Shown piece by piece: positions 22,545-34,344 of a stretch of 64,000 bases of DNA. The stretch lies in the NCBI GenBank assembly GCA_002269645.1, contig NIVC01001294.1, positions 62,001 through 126,000 of the forward strand. The letters run 5' to 3'. Position 1 is the first letter of the stretch, and each line of letters starts with the position of its first letter. Source of the DNA: Macrostomum lignano. Its lineage: Eukaryota. The notes under the pieces were generated by a model. That model worked only from the letters and a program-made list of their open reading frames with translations. It did not search any database and was not told where the DNA came from. The position numbers were made by a program, and so were the translations under genes.

Positions 22545-23949
22545 ATGCGCGTCTGCTGGCACATGTCTGTCGCGGGCCGCTACCTGCTGCTGTGCCTGTA
22601 CCTGTGCCTGTGGGTGTTCGCCCTCTTTAACTACAGCAGCAGGTGCCGCTACTCGCAGCCGGACGTCTTCATTGAAGACTGGCCAGCCGACGACTCCAGG
22701 CTGAAGTCGGGCCGCTGTTACCTGCGGCGGGACAGCCTCCAGCTGCAGCCAATAGATATGCAAAATGCACCTGAGCTGCATCATCTAGAGACTGCTCTGG
22801 CTGGTCCCGAAGTTCCGGCACAGATGAGGTTGCGTCCTGGCGGAAGCTGGGCTCCATCAAACTGTACCCCACTGCAACACGTGGCCGTGATGGTGGCCTT
22901 CAGGAATCGGGACTTTCACTTGCGGCTGCTGCTGAACCGGCTGCATCGGATGCTGAGAAGGCAGCTGATCAAGTACACTGTGTTTGTGGTTGAGCAGGTG
23001 AGAAATGCGTTAAGCAGTAACTTGAGCAGTTGAGCAGGCAGTTGAGCAGTAAGCTGTGAGTTGAGCAGTAAGCAGTGAGTTGAGCAGATAAGCAGTGAGT
23101 TGAGCAGTAAGCTGTGAGTTGAGCAGTGAGCAGTGAATTGAGCAGGTGAGCAGGCAGTTGAGCACTGTGTTTCAGCACGTAAATAGACTTAAGCAAATGA
23201 AGAGGCAGCTTTTAAAATCTACCCAGCCTCTGTGCCCCATCACCCAGACCGGACCGGAGCCCTTCAACCGAGGCATGTTGATGAACGTTGGCGTGGTGGA
23301 GGCCCTGAAGCTGGCCAGCTTTGACTGCTTCATCTTCCACGATGTGGACATGATTCCCGAGCACGATCGGAATGTGTACCTGTGCGATGAGAACGCCAGG
23401 CACCTGGCATCCGCCATTGACGAGATGCGGTATCACGTGATGTTCTACAACTACCTCGGCGCTGTGCTGGGTGAGTAGCTATGCCGATATGTATGGTTTT
23501 GACGTGTTAGTAAGCGGGATTAAAAGCAGTTCTCTTCCCATCGGTTGTGTGCAGCGATGAGCAGCAAGAACTTCTTCCGCATCAACGGCTTCTCCAACGT
23601 GTACTGGGGCTGGGGCAACGAGGACGACGACATCAGCGCCCGCACGATGGAGGCCGGCATGCTGGTGTCCCGTCCGCCGCCCGCCCTCGGCCGCTACAAG
23701 ATGGTGCGCCACCCCAAGGCCGTCCGCATCGAGGGCGGCAACGAGTACTTCATGGCCTGGAGGGCCAGGCACTATGAGGACGGGCTGAACGCGCTGAGCA
23801 GGGCCTCGTACTCAGTGCTGAGTCGCCAGGCGATGCCTCTGTACACAAACATCTCTGTGCGGCTGTCCCGCCAGCGGCATCGAATAACGCCCGAGTGGCT
23901 GTCCAACTCGGACTCCGTATGGTGGTTTCTGCGATTCTACTATCCATAG
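22545..23949 (+). CDS. GT7 beta-1,4-galactosyltransferase-like copy 2 (356 aa)
   Basis: Exons 22545-22997, 23248-23470, 23555-23949; GT-AG, phases 0 and 1. TM anchor RYLLLCLYLCLWVFALF, DVD motif, WGWGNEDDD, metal-site YKMVRH, DGLNAL, PLYTNISV. Confidence 0.9.
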
Positions 23950-24029
23950 GCCGCCCTTTTTGACCCTGTCGAGTTGAGCTTTTGGCGGTGCGGTCCTAGC
24001 AACTGCATTAGTGCCCCAATCACGCGGGT

Positions 24030-24855
24030 GAATCGCCCATCAGCCTCACATGAGAATCGCCCATCAGCCTCACATGAGAATCGCCCATCAGCCTCGCATG
24101 AGAATCGCCCATCAGCCTCACATGAGAATCGCCCATCAGCCTCACATGAGAATCGCCCATCAGCCTCGCATGAGAATCGCCCATCAGCCTCACATGAGAA
24201 TCGCCCATCAGCCTCACATGAGAATCGCCCATCAGCCTCGCATGAGAATCGCCCATCAGCCTCACCTGAGAATCGCCCATCAGCCTCACCTGAGAATCGC
24301 CCATCAGCCTCCCCTGAGAATCGCCCATCAGCCTCACCTGAGAATCGCCCATCAGCCCCATCTGAGAATTGCCCATCAGCCTCACCTGAGAATCGCCCAT
24401 CAGACCCACCTGAGAATCGCCCATCAGACCCACCTGAGAATCGCCCATCAGCCCCACCTGAGAATCGCCCATCAGCCCCACCTGAGAATCGCCCATCAGC
24501 CCCACCTGAGAATCGCCCATCAGCCCCATCTGAGAATCGCCCATCAGCCTCACCTGAGAATCGCCCATCAGACCCACCTGAGAATCGCCCATCAGACCCA
24601 CCTGAGAATCGCCCATCAGCCTCCCCTGAGAATCGCCCATCAGCCTCACCTGAGAATCGCCCATCAGCCCCATCTGAGAATCGCCCATCAGCCTCACCTG
24701 AGAATCGCCCATCAGACCCACCTGAGAATCGCCCATCAGACCCACCTGAGAATCGCCCATCAGCCTCACCTGAGAATCGCCCATCAGCCCCACCTGAGAA
24801 TCGCCCATCAGCCTCACCTGAGAATCGCCCATCAGACCCACCTGAGAATCGCCTC
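24030..24855. repeat. 21-bp minisatellite, about 39 copies
   Basis: GAGAATCGCCCATCAGCCTCACAT changing to ...CACCT variants. Confidence 0.95.
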
Positions 24856-25329
24856 TAAATTACTGACAAAATCTTTCTTAATCCACTCTAGAGAGATTAT
24901 GAATACTTCCACCGAGAGATGCCGATATTGAAGTATTATTATATAAACCTACCTTTGATGTACTATAGCTCCAATTGCAATCGGAAGTATATTCCATTTT
25001 TTGTTTCGTGCAGCTTTGACTGTCCAGTTAATGCGAGTAAGTAATATTATTGATTACTTATCCCTGGTGCTCGGTACGTCAAATCGCAATATTATTTTAG
25101 GCTTTTCGCTTCCCTGAATTGGTAGTTTTTTGTATGTATTTTACTGCAATGTCGGCGCTGTACTGCTATTAATAAATTGAATTGTTTAAATATAAATGAT
25201 TTCTTGACGCTTCAATGTCATATTGATGTTTAGTTCACAGTTTTATGAAATTACTCAGCTTATGTAATTGTTAAGTGAATTAAAAAACCTTGCTTTGCTG
25301 GACATCGCTTCTTTGTTCATCGCTTATCG

Positions 25330-25985
25330 GGGGCGCAGATAAGGAGGGGGGTTGGGCGCAGATAAGGAGGGGGGTTGGGCGCAGATAAGGGGGTTGGGCG
25401 CAGATAAGGAGGTGGGTTGGGCGCAGATAAGGAGGTGGGTTGGGCGCAGATAAGGAGGGGGGTTGGGCGCAGATAAGGAGGGGGGTTGGGCGCAGATAAG
25501 GAGGGGGGTTGGGCGCAGATAAGGAGGGGGGTTGGGCGCAAATAAGGAGGGGGGTTGGACGCAGATAATGAGGGGGGTTGGGCGCAGATAAGGAGGGGGG
25601 TTGGACGCAGATAATGAGGGGGGTTGGGCGCAGATACTGAGGGGGGTTGGGCGCAGATAATGAGGGGGGTTGGGCGCAGATAAGGAGGGGGGTTGGGCGC
25701 AGATAAGGAGGGGGTTGGACGCAGATAAGGAGGGGGGGTTGGGCGCAGATAAGGAGGGGGTTGGACGCAGATAATGAGGGGGGTTGGGCGCAGATAATGA
25801 GGGGGGTTGGGCGCAGATAATGAGGGGGTTGGGCGCAGTTAAGGAGGGGGTTGGGCGCAGATACTGAGGGGGGTTGGGCGCAGATAATGAGGGGGTTGGG
25901 CGCAGATAAGGAGGGGGTTGGACGCAGATAATGAGGGGGTTTGGGCGCAGATACTGAGGGGGGTTGGGCGCAGATAATGAGGGTA
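25330..25985. repeat. 23-bp G-rich minisatellite
   Basis: GGGGGGTTGGGCGCAGATAAGGA, about 28 copies; G-runs compatible with quadruplex formation. Confidence 0.95.
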
Positions 25986-25999
25986 AGAGCACGACTGAG

Positions 26000-27326
26000 G
26001 AAAGAGGGTAAAATTGAATTGCAAATCAGAAGTGAGCAAGAGGGAGAGAGAAAAGAAAGATGGGACAGAGGGAAGCAGTAAACAGAGGGACGACCGGACG
26101 AGGCAGTTTAACTGGAGAGATGACCAGACGACTTAGAAAGTTGCGACATCCAGAGCCATTATGCTTCTGACGAATGCGCCTGGATCCGAAAACCACCCTG
26201 CAAAGTGTCTCGCAGTTACTGTCATGCACATTCCGCTGACTCCTAAGCACTCACTCAGGGTGTAGAGGCCCTGACTTTCTCATCGATTGTCAGGCATGGT
26301 ACACGTGTTGTATTTTCTGCTTTTGTCCGTGCAGACCGAAGACCGGGTGGTTTGGGTTCGGGTACTGGACTGCCCAGAGCTTGCCGAGTGTGATAGGAAG
26401 GAGAGCGGCGACCCCTGAGGCGTACAGAAATTCGTCCAGCTCTCGCGAGGGAGATGCGAATGATGATTGATGAGGCTGCGATCATGTAGCCACTCAGCAG
26501 CACCAGAGCGGTGAACACGGGCCTGGAGGCACGCAGACACTTCGCAGACTCTAGTGAAGACTGCGACTGGAGGAAAGAATTTAAAAGAGGATGAGAAATA
26601 AATGAGAAGTAAAGACTATCTTACCGGGAGAGGCTAACTCGATGAGCTCACGAACGATTGCGCGTATTTCATCACTTTCAATGATTTTCACAAGTACTTG
26701 AAGGGCTAGCGGGGAGAGTAGGCTAGCACGAAAGCCGGGCGTGGGCCGTGCACGCACCTAGATACTGTACATGGTGGGATAGAGAGCAGGGGGCTGGGTT
26801 GGGGCTAAGGGCCGCTAAGCCACACAAGGGCTGGGGAGGGGGGGCAAAACTCAGTTGAAGGACGATAGAAAAAAAAAGAGGGGGAAGGCTAGCCAATCAG
26901 GTGCCTCCGCGGGGACATGATTGGACTGGCCCAAACGAAAGAGAAACTAAACGGGGACAGACAGCCAATGAAAGTAAAACTACGAGAAAACTAAAATGAT
27001 AAACAAGAATGGTGGCTGAAGACAGGGGGAAGGCAGACCAGAATGATCAAGTTGCAGGGAGAGGAGAGGTGGAGCGCAAGGGTCGGGGCAAGGGCACTGT
27101 GAAGCGCAGCTCACGACACACTCTCTGTCTTGGAGGTTGGCCGGCACTCCGGGGCTTGATTGTGTTGCTTTAACCCTCGAGTCGGACTCTTTAACCCGGC
27201 TACTGGCCTGTGAGCTTCTCTGCATGGTAGCTTACCACACGTTTGAATTTCTGCTTGAACAGTGTGTGCGCAGTGTTGGTTTTGAACTAGGTCCACGACT
27301 TTTGTCTGCCACAAATTGACTATCAA
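26000..27326 (-). mobile_element. Possible 3' end of a CR1/L2-type LINE plus long 3' UTR
   Basis: Minus strand at about 27326-27230 reads IVNLWQTKVVDLVQ then, after a frameshift, NTAHTLFKQKFKR, reminiscent of LINE ORF2 C-termini. Weak match. Confidence 0.3.
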
Positions 27327-27506
27327 TCTTAATAACCCAACCTAAACCTAATTACCACAACCGTCGCAGTCTGAGCTAGGACCTCTAGGAGTGGTGGTAC
27401 CGTTGTATAAGGCCGTAAACTATTCGAGTTTAATGGAATATTATTTAAAGGCCGAACTTTAAATGTACTCATAGGCGTAGGAAAGTTTCAAAAAGTGGGG
27501 GGCCAA

Positions 27507-28008
27507 TGAAGTGACACATTTTGGTCCAAAAAGTTCCCATCCAGATTGAATGTATTTTAACCAATGAATGCGCTCCAAATAGCAAGCTGAGGACACGACC
27601 AATGAAAAGTAGCTACGTACCATCCAATGCGATCAAGACTGAAAAGTACTATAAAAGCCCATGTCAACCAAGCAAGAAGCTCGCCTCCTTTTTCCTTAGC
27701 TCCACAATAGACTGAACCTTCGGTTCACCCAAACAACCAGAACCCATTGTAACTTGAACCAATTGAGCTTCTTATTTGGAACTCCATCTTAGACATTATA
27801 CTTTGTAAGATAACATAACAGATTGTGACCATCAAATACAACAGTCTGTAAGTTACCATCAAGTGTTTGCATCATCAGGAAAAGTCAGTTGAATCCGCCG
27901 CCTCAGCTAGTTATTTGGCTCTCACATTGATATTTGAAGTAGACATAGAGCCATACAAGTGACGGACCAGAAGAACGATAATACCAACATCTTATTTAAA
28001 ATATTTCA
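27507..28008 (+). mobile_element. LTR-like sequence (502 bp)
   Basis: TGAA...TTCA ends, three CCAAT boxes, TATAAAAG at about 27649, and a tRNA-complementary PBS-like TGGTTCCCTGAC starting 1 nt after the terminal CA. No AATAAA seen. Confidence 0.6.
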
Positions 28009-28009
28009 C

Positions 28010-28075
28010 TGGTTCCCTGACTGGGAGTCGAACCCGGGCCGCCTGGGTGAGAGCCAGGAATCCTAACCGCTAGAC
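28010..28075 (-). pseudogene. Retrocopy of mature tRNA-Glu(CTC), positions 10-76 including CCA
   Basis: Minus strand GTCTAGCGGTTAGGATTCCTGGCTCTCACCCAGGCGGCCCGGGTTCGACTCCCAGTCAGGGAACCA. Intact anticodon arm, encoded CCA, 5' acceptor strand missing. Confidence 0.88.
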
Positions 28076-28585
28076 TGTGTCACTTCACCAGGTCCAGTGG
28101 CGGATTAGGGGGGGGGCGCATAGGGCAGGGCGCACGCCCCCATCGAGTTAGATTTTTATATATGGAAAATGCACATTATCATGTAGCGATTCTTTTCAGA
28201 ATCCGTCTTGTCAGCACTCATTTTAGCGTCGCATGCACTCATTTTAGCGTCGCATGCACTCATTTTAGCGCCGCAGGCACTCATTTTGGTGCTGCAGGCG
28301 CTGTTTTGTCGCCCTGCAGCAAAATGCATTCATGCAAAGCAGCAAAAATCAAAAATAAGCAAAAAGTCTACATTTTACATTTAAAATGTGGAGGGGTCAG
28401 ATACCATTACTGCCCCCCCATTTTAAAAAGTGGGGGGCATGGCCCCACTGTCCACACCTTCCTAAGCCTATGAGTGTACTTCCTTAACTTTGAATCTGCT
28501 GCACATCGACACAGAGGGATAATTTTTGTTATTTCTTCAAATTGATGGTCTATTCAACAGCAGGAATGCCAAGCCACTTTTCCGC

Positions 28586-30288
28586 CCGTCGAACTACCAA
28601 GAGGGGGAATCCCCCCCAGACAATTTTTTTGCTGCGCCGGAACGGAGCAGCGCAAGCACACGGAATTCGAGAACACGGGCTAACTTTTTGTTGCGCACCT
28701 TCTCAAACAAGGATCAAGTCGCCAGCCCTTCGGACCGTCGAGATATTCGACGATTCTGCTAGAAGGTCGGATTTTTCCCATAAGCGCTAGTGTATTCAGT
28801 ACACCCCTGTGCGCCAATCAGCACTTCGTCTCAGCGCAGCCTTGCCAAGTCTCCAAATTTCATCAGCACGTCGACCACATGTGTCTGCATCAGCTCTGAC
28901 TTCGTTGGTCACTAGCCTTCTCTCAGGCGGAGCTTCTGGACCTTCAACAGGTGGCACCAAGTGACTATGAACACCCTGATGCGAATTTCTCGAGTTTTGC
29001 TGATCAAGCCTCGACAGTGGGCAAAATTCAACTGCTAGGTATCCTCAGCTAGTCTCTCGAGCATTCCGTCATCACCCGGACGCCGTCGGCACCTTCAACA
29101 GATTACAGCAGGTGACTATGGACACCTTGATGCGAATTTCTATAGTTTCGCCGATCAAGCCTCGACAGTGGGAAAGCCTCAACTGCTGGACATCCTCAGC
29201 TAGTCTCTCGAGCATTCCGTCACCACCCCGACGCCGTCGGCTCCTTCAACAGATGACACCAGGTGACTATAGACACGCTGTTGTGAATTTCTTTGATGTC
29301 GCTCACCAGCATCAATAATGGACAAACTTTCATTTCTGGTCGTTCTCAACTAGACTCTCAAATAGTCTATCATCACCAGACATGATTAAGTAAACGTGAT
29401 GACGTAATTTGTTAATTACACTGTAAATTGAACAGAATCTTCGCGAAGAAAAAAATACTAGAAATTATCCAATTTTCTGTGTGGAATGAATATCAATTCA
29501 TAATATACTGAATCTCTAGTCTTCTGTCCTAAAAGTTGCTAAAATTGTTTAAAATAAAAAAAATCATCTCTTTTGGGTGTTTATAGTCGGTTTCGTCTCC
29601 TTGAAGGTGCCGACGACGGCAGAATGACAACCGGATGCTTGAAAAACTAGTTGAGGATACCTACCAGTAGAGGTTTGCCCATTATTGAAGATTGATTAGA
29701 ACAATCTAACATATTTGCAACAGGATGTTCATAATCACCTGGTGTAATCTGTTGAAAGTGCCGATGGCGTCGGGGTGATGATGGAATGCTTGAGAGACTA
29801 GCTGAGGATGTCCAGCAGTTGAGGCTTTCTCACTGTCGAGGTCGAGGCCTGATCGGCGAAACTAGAGAAATTCGCATCAGGGTGTTCATACGAGCTAGTC
29901 ACCTCGTGCCACCCGTTGAAGGTCCAGAAGCTCCACCTGGGAGAAGGCTAGTGACCAACGAAGTCAGAACTGATGCAGACACATGTAGTTGACGTGCTGA
30001 TGAAATTTGGAGACTTGGCAAGGCTGCACTGAGGCGCAGTGCTGATTGGCGCACAGGGGTGTACTGAATACACTATAGCGCTTATGGGAAAAATCCGACC
30101 TTCTAGCAGAATCGTCGAATATCTCGACGGTCCGGAGGGCTGGGGCGACTTGATTCTTGTTTGAGAATGTGCGCAACAAAAAGCTAGCCCGTGTTCTCGA
30201 ATTTCGTGTGCCTGCGTTGCTCCGTTCCGGTGCAGCAAAAAATTGTCAGGGGGGTGGAAATTCCCCCCCTCTCTTGGTAGTTCTACTG
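28586..30288. mobile_element. Foldback-type element with about 700-800 bp inverted arms
   Basis: About 28586-29390 is the reverse complement of about 29590-30288; ORFs 28542+ and 29948- share NGA.QAH.IREHGL.FCCA.SQTRIKSP. Termini CCGTCGAACTACCAAGAG and CAGTAGAACTACCAAGAG; about 140-bp internal subrepeats; AT-rich spacer. No TSD found. Confidence 0.8.
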
Positions 30289-31596
30289 TTAATATCAAAG
30301 TTCATATCAGGCCTAAACAGATTTGCTCAGCCTGTAAATGAACGCTTCAATTAAGAAACTTTTTTTATTGGAAATTATACAATTATACGTGTGAAACAAA
30401 AAATATTTAGAGAAACAATACACCGCTCTTTGCATTGAGTATCAAATACTTCAAAATCGCTTCTATGCTTTCTCGCAAGTAGCCCATCGCTCATACGCGT
30501 ACATCTAACATGTACGAGTATTCTACTGAAGGCACCTGGCACAGTGCCGGCTGTCATAAACACCTTAATTTTTAAATAATCTACAAAATCACTTTTAAAA
30601 AACCAGTATCTTGGTAACTTGTCAACACAAAAATGTTTTTGTTACGTTTTCTATTATTTTAGATCAAAACAATTCAATTAAGTGATATTTTGCACTCCAA
30701 ATATAACTTGAGAAGCTATACAAGCGTATATGGTCATTCTAAATAGCCGAATTAAACTTTAAATGAAAATGTTTTTAATAGCCTTTCTGGTACCAATTTT
30801 GAATTCTACTCGTACCATCATCCCGTTCGGTGCACGCGGCACCTCTTTTTGCATATGCTTCAATTATTTCAATAATTCTGCTCTGTTCTCTCTGCACAGC
30901 AGCAGTATTTCAAGCTTTCTACCTATCTGTTCGATAGCTCGGTGCCTCGCAATGGTTTGACGCGATTCAAAACATTGCTGTCGCATGAGTCTTTTTGTCA
31001 GCTTGCTTCTTGCAACGTGGGCCCACACAAGGCTCGGCATGTTTAGAAGCGTCTAGCAGAATGCACTGCCTGTCTCCCGTTGATGAAACAGAGCTCTCTT
31101 ATTGGTCCGTAGCCCCACAATTGCAACTGTAAAACTATATTTTTATTTAAAAAGAAACAGAAGAAACAACGACCCCGTCTTTCCATATCGCGCTTCAAAA
31201 CCGAGATCGTATTTTCTATTCGAGTTGACCGTGTGCAAGGCAGGTAAGTCTAATGTACGCATGACAGCATTCAGAGATGCCAAACCTTTTGCTGCCCATT
31301 TTTCAACAAGTTATCCGTTGAATACTAAGCGAGCCTATATTAACTAAATCTATCTTTGCTAAAGTCTGGAGGCAGGTCTGGCGCCTTGTCTCCTGTCTGA
31401 GAGGTGAGGAACAGTAAGTTATCCCATATCCTTGTGGCAGCACAAAAATTGACAGACAAAGGTAAAGTACATGTACGCACCTGTGTACTGAATCTGATGT
31501 GTGGCAAATGCCCCCCCCCCCATCCAAACCGTCAGAAAACGAAGCTGAACTCTGCCCTTGCCGTGCTGCAAGTCAAGCGAAGCTCTTTACCCCGCC

Positions 31597-32972
31597 ATGT
31601 TCTGCCGCGGGTACCCGATACGCGTCAGCAGGCACATGTCTGTCGCGGGCCGCTACCTGCTGCTGTGCCTGTACCTGTGCCTGTGGGTGTTTGCCCTCTT
31701 CAACTACAGCAGCAGGTGCCGCTACTCAGAGCCGGACGTCTTCATTGAAGACTGGCCAGCCGACGACTCCAGGCTGAAGTCGGGCCGCTGTTACCTGCGG
31801 CGGGACAGCCTCCAGCTGCAGCCAATAGATATGCATAATGCACCTGAGCTGCATCATCTGGAGACTGCTCTGGCTGGTCCCGAAGTTCCGGCACAGATGA
31901 GGTTGCGTCCTGGCGGAAGCTGGGCTCCATCAAACTGTACCCCACTGCAACACGTAGCCGTGATGGTGGCCTTCAGGAATCGGGACTTTCACTTGCGGCT
32001 GCTGCTGAACCGGCTGCATCGGATGCTGAGAAGGCAGCTGATCAAGTACACTGTGTTTGTGGTTGAGCAGGTGAGCAATGCGTTAAGCAGTAACTTGAGC
32101 AGGTGAGCAGTCATTTGAGCAGGCAGCTGATCAAGTACACTGTGTTTGTGGTTGAGCAGGTGAGCAATGAAGTTAAGAATTAAGAAGTAAGTTCAGCAGT
32201 TCAGCAGGTGAGCAGTGAGTTGAGCAGGTAAAGAGGCAGCTTTTAAAATCTTCTCTGCCGCATCACCCAGACAGGACCGGAGCCCTTCAACCGAGGCATG
32301 CTGATAAATGTTGGCGTGGTGGAGGCACTGAAGCTGGCCAGCTTTGACTGCTTCATCTTCCACGATGTGGACATGATTCCCGAGCACGATCGGAATGTGT
32401 ACCTGTGCGATGAGAACGCCAGGCACCTGGCATCCGCCATTGACGAGATGCGGTATCACGTGATGTTCTACAACTACCTCGGCGCTGTGCTGGGTGAGTA
32501 GCTATGCCGATATGTATGGTTTTGACGTGTTAGTAAGCGGGATTAAAAGCAGTTCTCTTCCCATCGGTCGTGTGCAGCGATGAGCAGCAAGAACTTCTTC
32601 CGCATCAACGGCTTCTCCAACGTGTACTGGGGCTGGGGCAACGAGGACGACGACATCAGCGCCCGCACGATGGAGGCCGGCATGCTGGTGTCCCGTCCGC
32701 CGCTCACCCTCGGCCGCTACAAGATGGTGCGCCACCCCAAGGCCGTCCGCATCGAGGGCGGGTACACGCACTTTATGGCCTGGCGGGCCAGGCACTATGA
32801 GGACGGGCTGAACGCGCTCAGAAAGAACTCGTACACGATCGTCAGTCGCCAGGCGATGCCTTTGTACACAAACATCTCAGTGCGGCTGTCGCTCTCCCGG
32901 CACCAGATGAAGCAGGAGTGGCTGTCAAAAACAGACTCCGTTTGGTGGTTTCTACGATTCTATTATCCGTAG
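31597..32972 (+). CDS. GT7 beta-1,4-galactosyltransferase-like copy 3 (363 aa)
   Basis: Exons 31597-32070, 32271-32493, 32578-32972; GT-AG introns; all GT7 motifs as in copy 2. Confidence 0.9.
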
Positions 32973-34344
32973 ATGTACTTGAGCATATTTTATTAGGTAT
33001 TTTAACTGCTGTTCGCTCTTCCACTACAGTCTGCAGGCCATTTTCTGATTTTCTGATTGCAATCGTCAAAATATTTGAGCCTGAGTATGCATTACTTTTG
33101 ATGTAAATAATGGCTCTCAGTTATCGATCATATGGGAGCCGTCTTTCGATTGCCCCAAGTTTCACTACTAGCGGCGTTATCGAAACCTGTTAGCACTGCC
33201 CGAGGTTGTAATGTACTTTAGGTTGTCTTTGTTTGTATAAGTACATTTTAAAGGATTGCTCGGCTCTAAAACTCGACTTTTAGTCTGATTTTTACTTGAT
33301 ACCAAATCTATTTAGCCATGGTATGTAATTTTGGCCAAGGACAAAATTTGCCTCATTCTTTCAACTTTCAACTACCATCACAGCTGGAACATTAATTCAC
33401 GCGATTCCCATTGCACACCAGAACGCAACGCTGCATATTTTTGCTTGCATTTTAGCTCGCCTGTTAAAACTATTTAGTGCAATTCGAGACATTTCAAAAG
33501 CAAGTCGCAACTCGCAAGAATTGGATGGGACGGAGAGGCAGTGGCCTCTAAACGAAAGCTCAGGCCGCCGCAGCCGCCCCTGAGCATTTTCGAAGAACAA
33601 TGGACCAAAGCGACCCCCTTCCGACGCGTACAGCCACAACGACCATCTACGAATAGTCAACGTGCAGAAAAGAAGTAATGCAGCTAGCTATTATGCCTGC
33701 TCAAAGCAATACTGTCCAAGCATTCAATTCTTGCAGCAAAATTAAGCGTAGAAAACTGTGAATAACCATTTGAACAGTGTAACTGCGCAGCCACTTACAG
33801 CACATGGGGCTCACTGATAGTTCGGTGAAAGATGAGACAAAGATAGTGTACACTGTTTGCAATGCCAGATTATTTAAATTTACTATTCTGAAGACCAACG
33901 AGTGCTGCAGAAATTCATACAACATGAGCTTTTATTAACGAACGGAAAGGCCCGATAGCAACGTGCCTTCGAACTGTGTAGTATCTTCGGACCTATACTT
34001 AGCAACATGAAAGTCGCCCTGGGCACCCTTTGCCAGGGAAATATCTCAAGACCGAAACTTTATATTTCGCAGTAAAAAAATTGAATTTGATTTTTGAATT
34101 TTTTGAATTTCCTAACACCAAAATAGAGTTGAGTTGCGAAGGTTAGTTTCTCTCAGCGTAGCGAAATTAAGAATTTATTTCATATTATGATCGAGCGTAG
34201 CAACGGGCAAGTGCACAGAGGTGGCCAGAAACGTTTAAATCAGGAGTCGGCAGGAGTCGGCCAAATGCGGTCCGCTAAGCCTCTCTATCCGGCCCTCGGG
34301 TCCTTTGAAACTTCACAATAGCAATCCTATCCGCTTAAGGTTCA

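Larger units (their letters stand above)
27470..28472. mobile_element. Non-autonomous hAT-type element (MITE) carrying a nested insertion
   Basis: TIR CATAGGCGTAGGAA at 27470 and TTCCTAAGCCTATG ending 28472. Flanks AATGTACT and AGTGTACT form an 8-bp TSD with 1 mismatch. AAAAAGTGGGGGGC occurs in both arms. Confidence 0.75.

Noticed and set aside
23974-24931. SHENRPSA/SPENRPSA 294-aa ORF, possible repetitive protein
   Set aside because: TTG start, open in two plus frames and one minus frame, no signal peptide or splice context; explained by a 21-bp array.
28085-28091. CCTGGTG (minus strand) as tRNA-Glu positions 3-9 separated by a 10-nt insertion
   Set aside because: Better explained as flank plus the TG of the 12-bp inverted end matching 27507-27518; kept only as an alternative reading.
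30700-31090. Transposase-like peptide fragments on the minus strand (IIEIIEAYAKRGAAC...RIQNWY)
   Set aside because: Broken frames, and I cannot assign a family.
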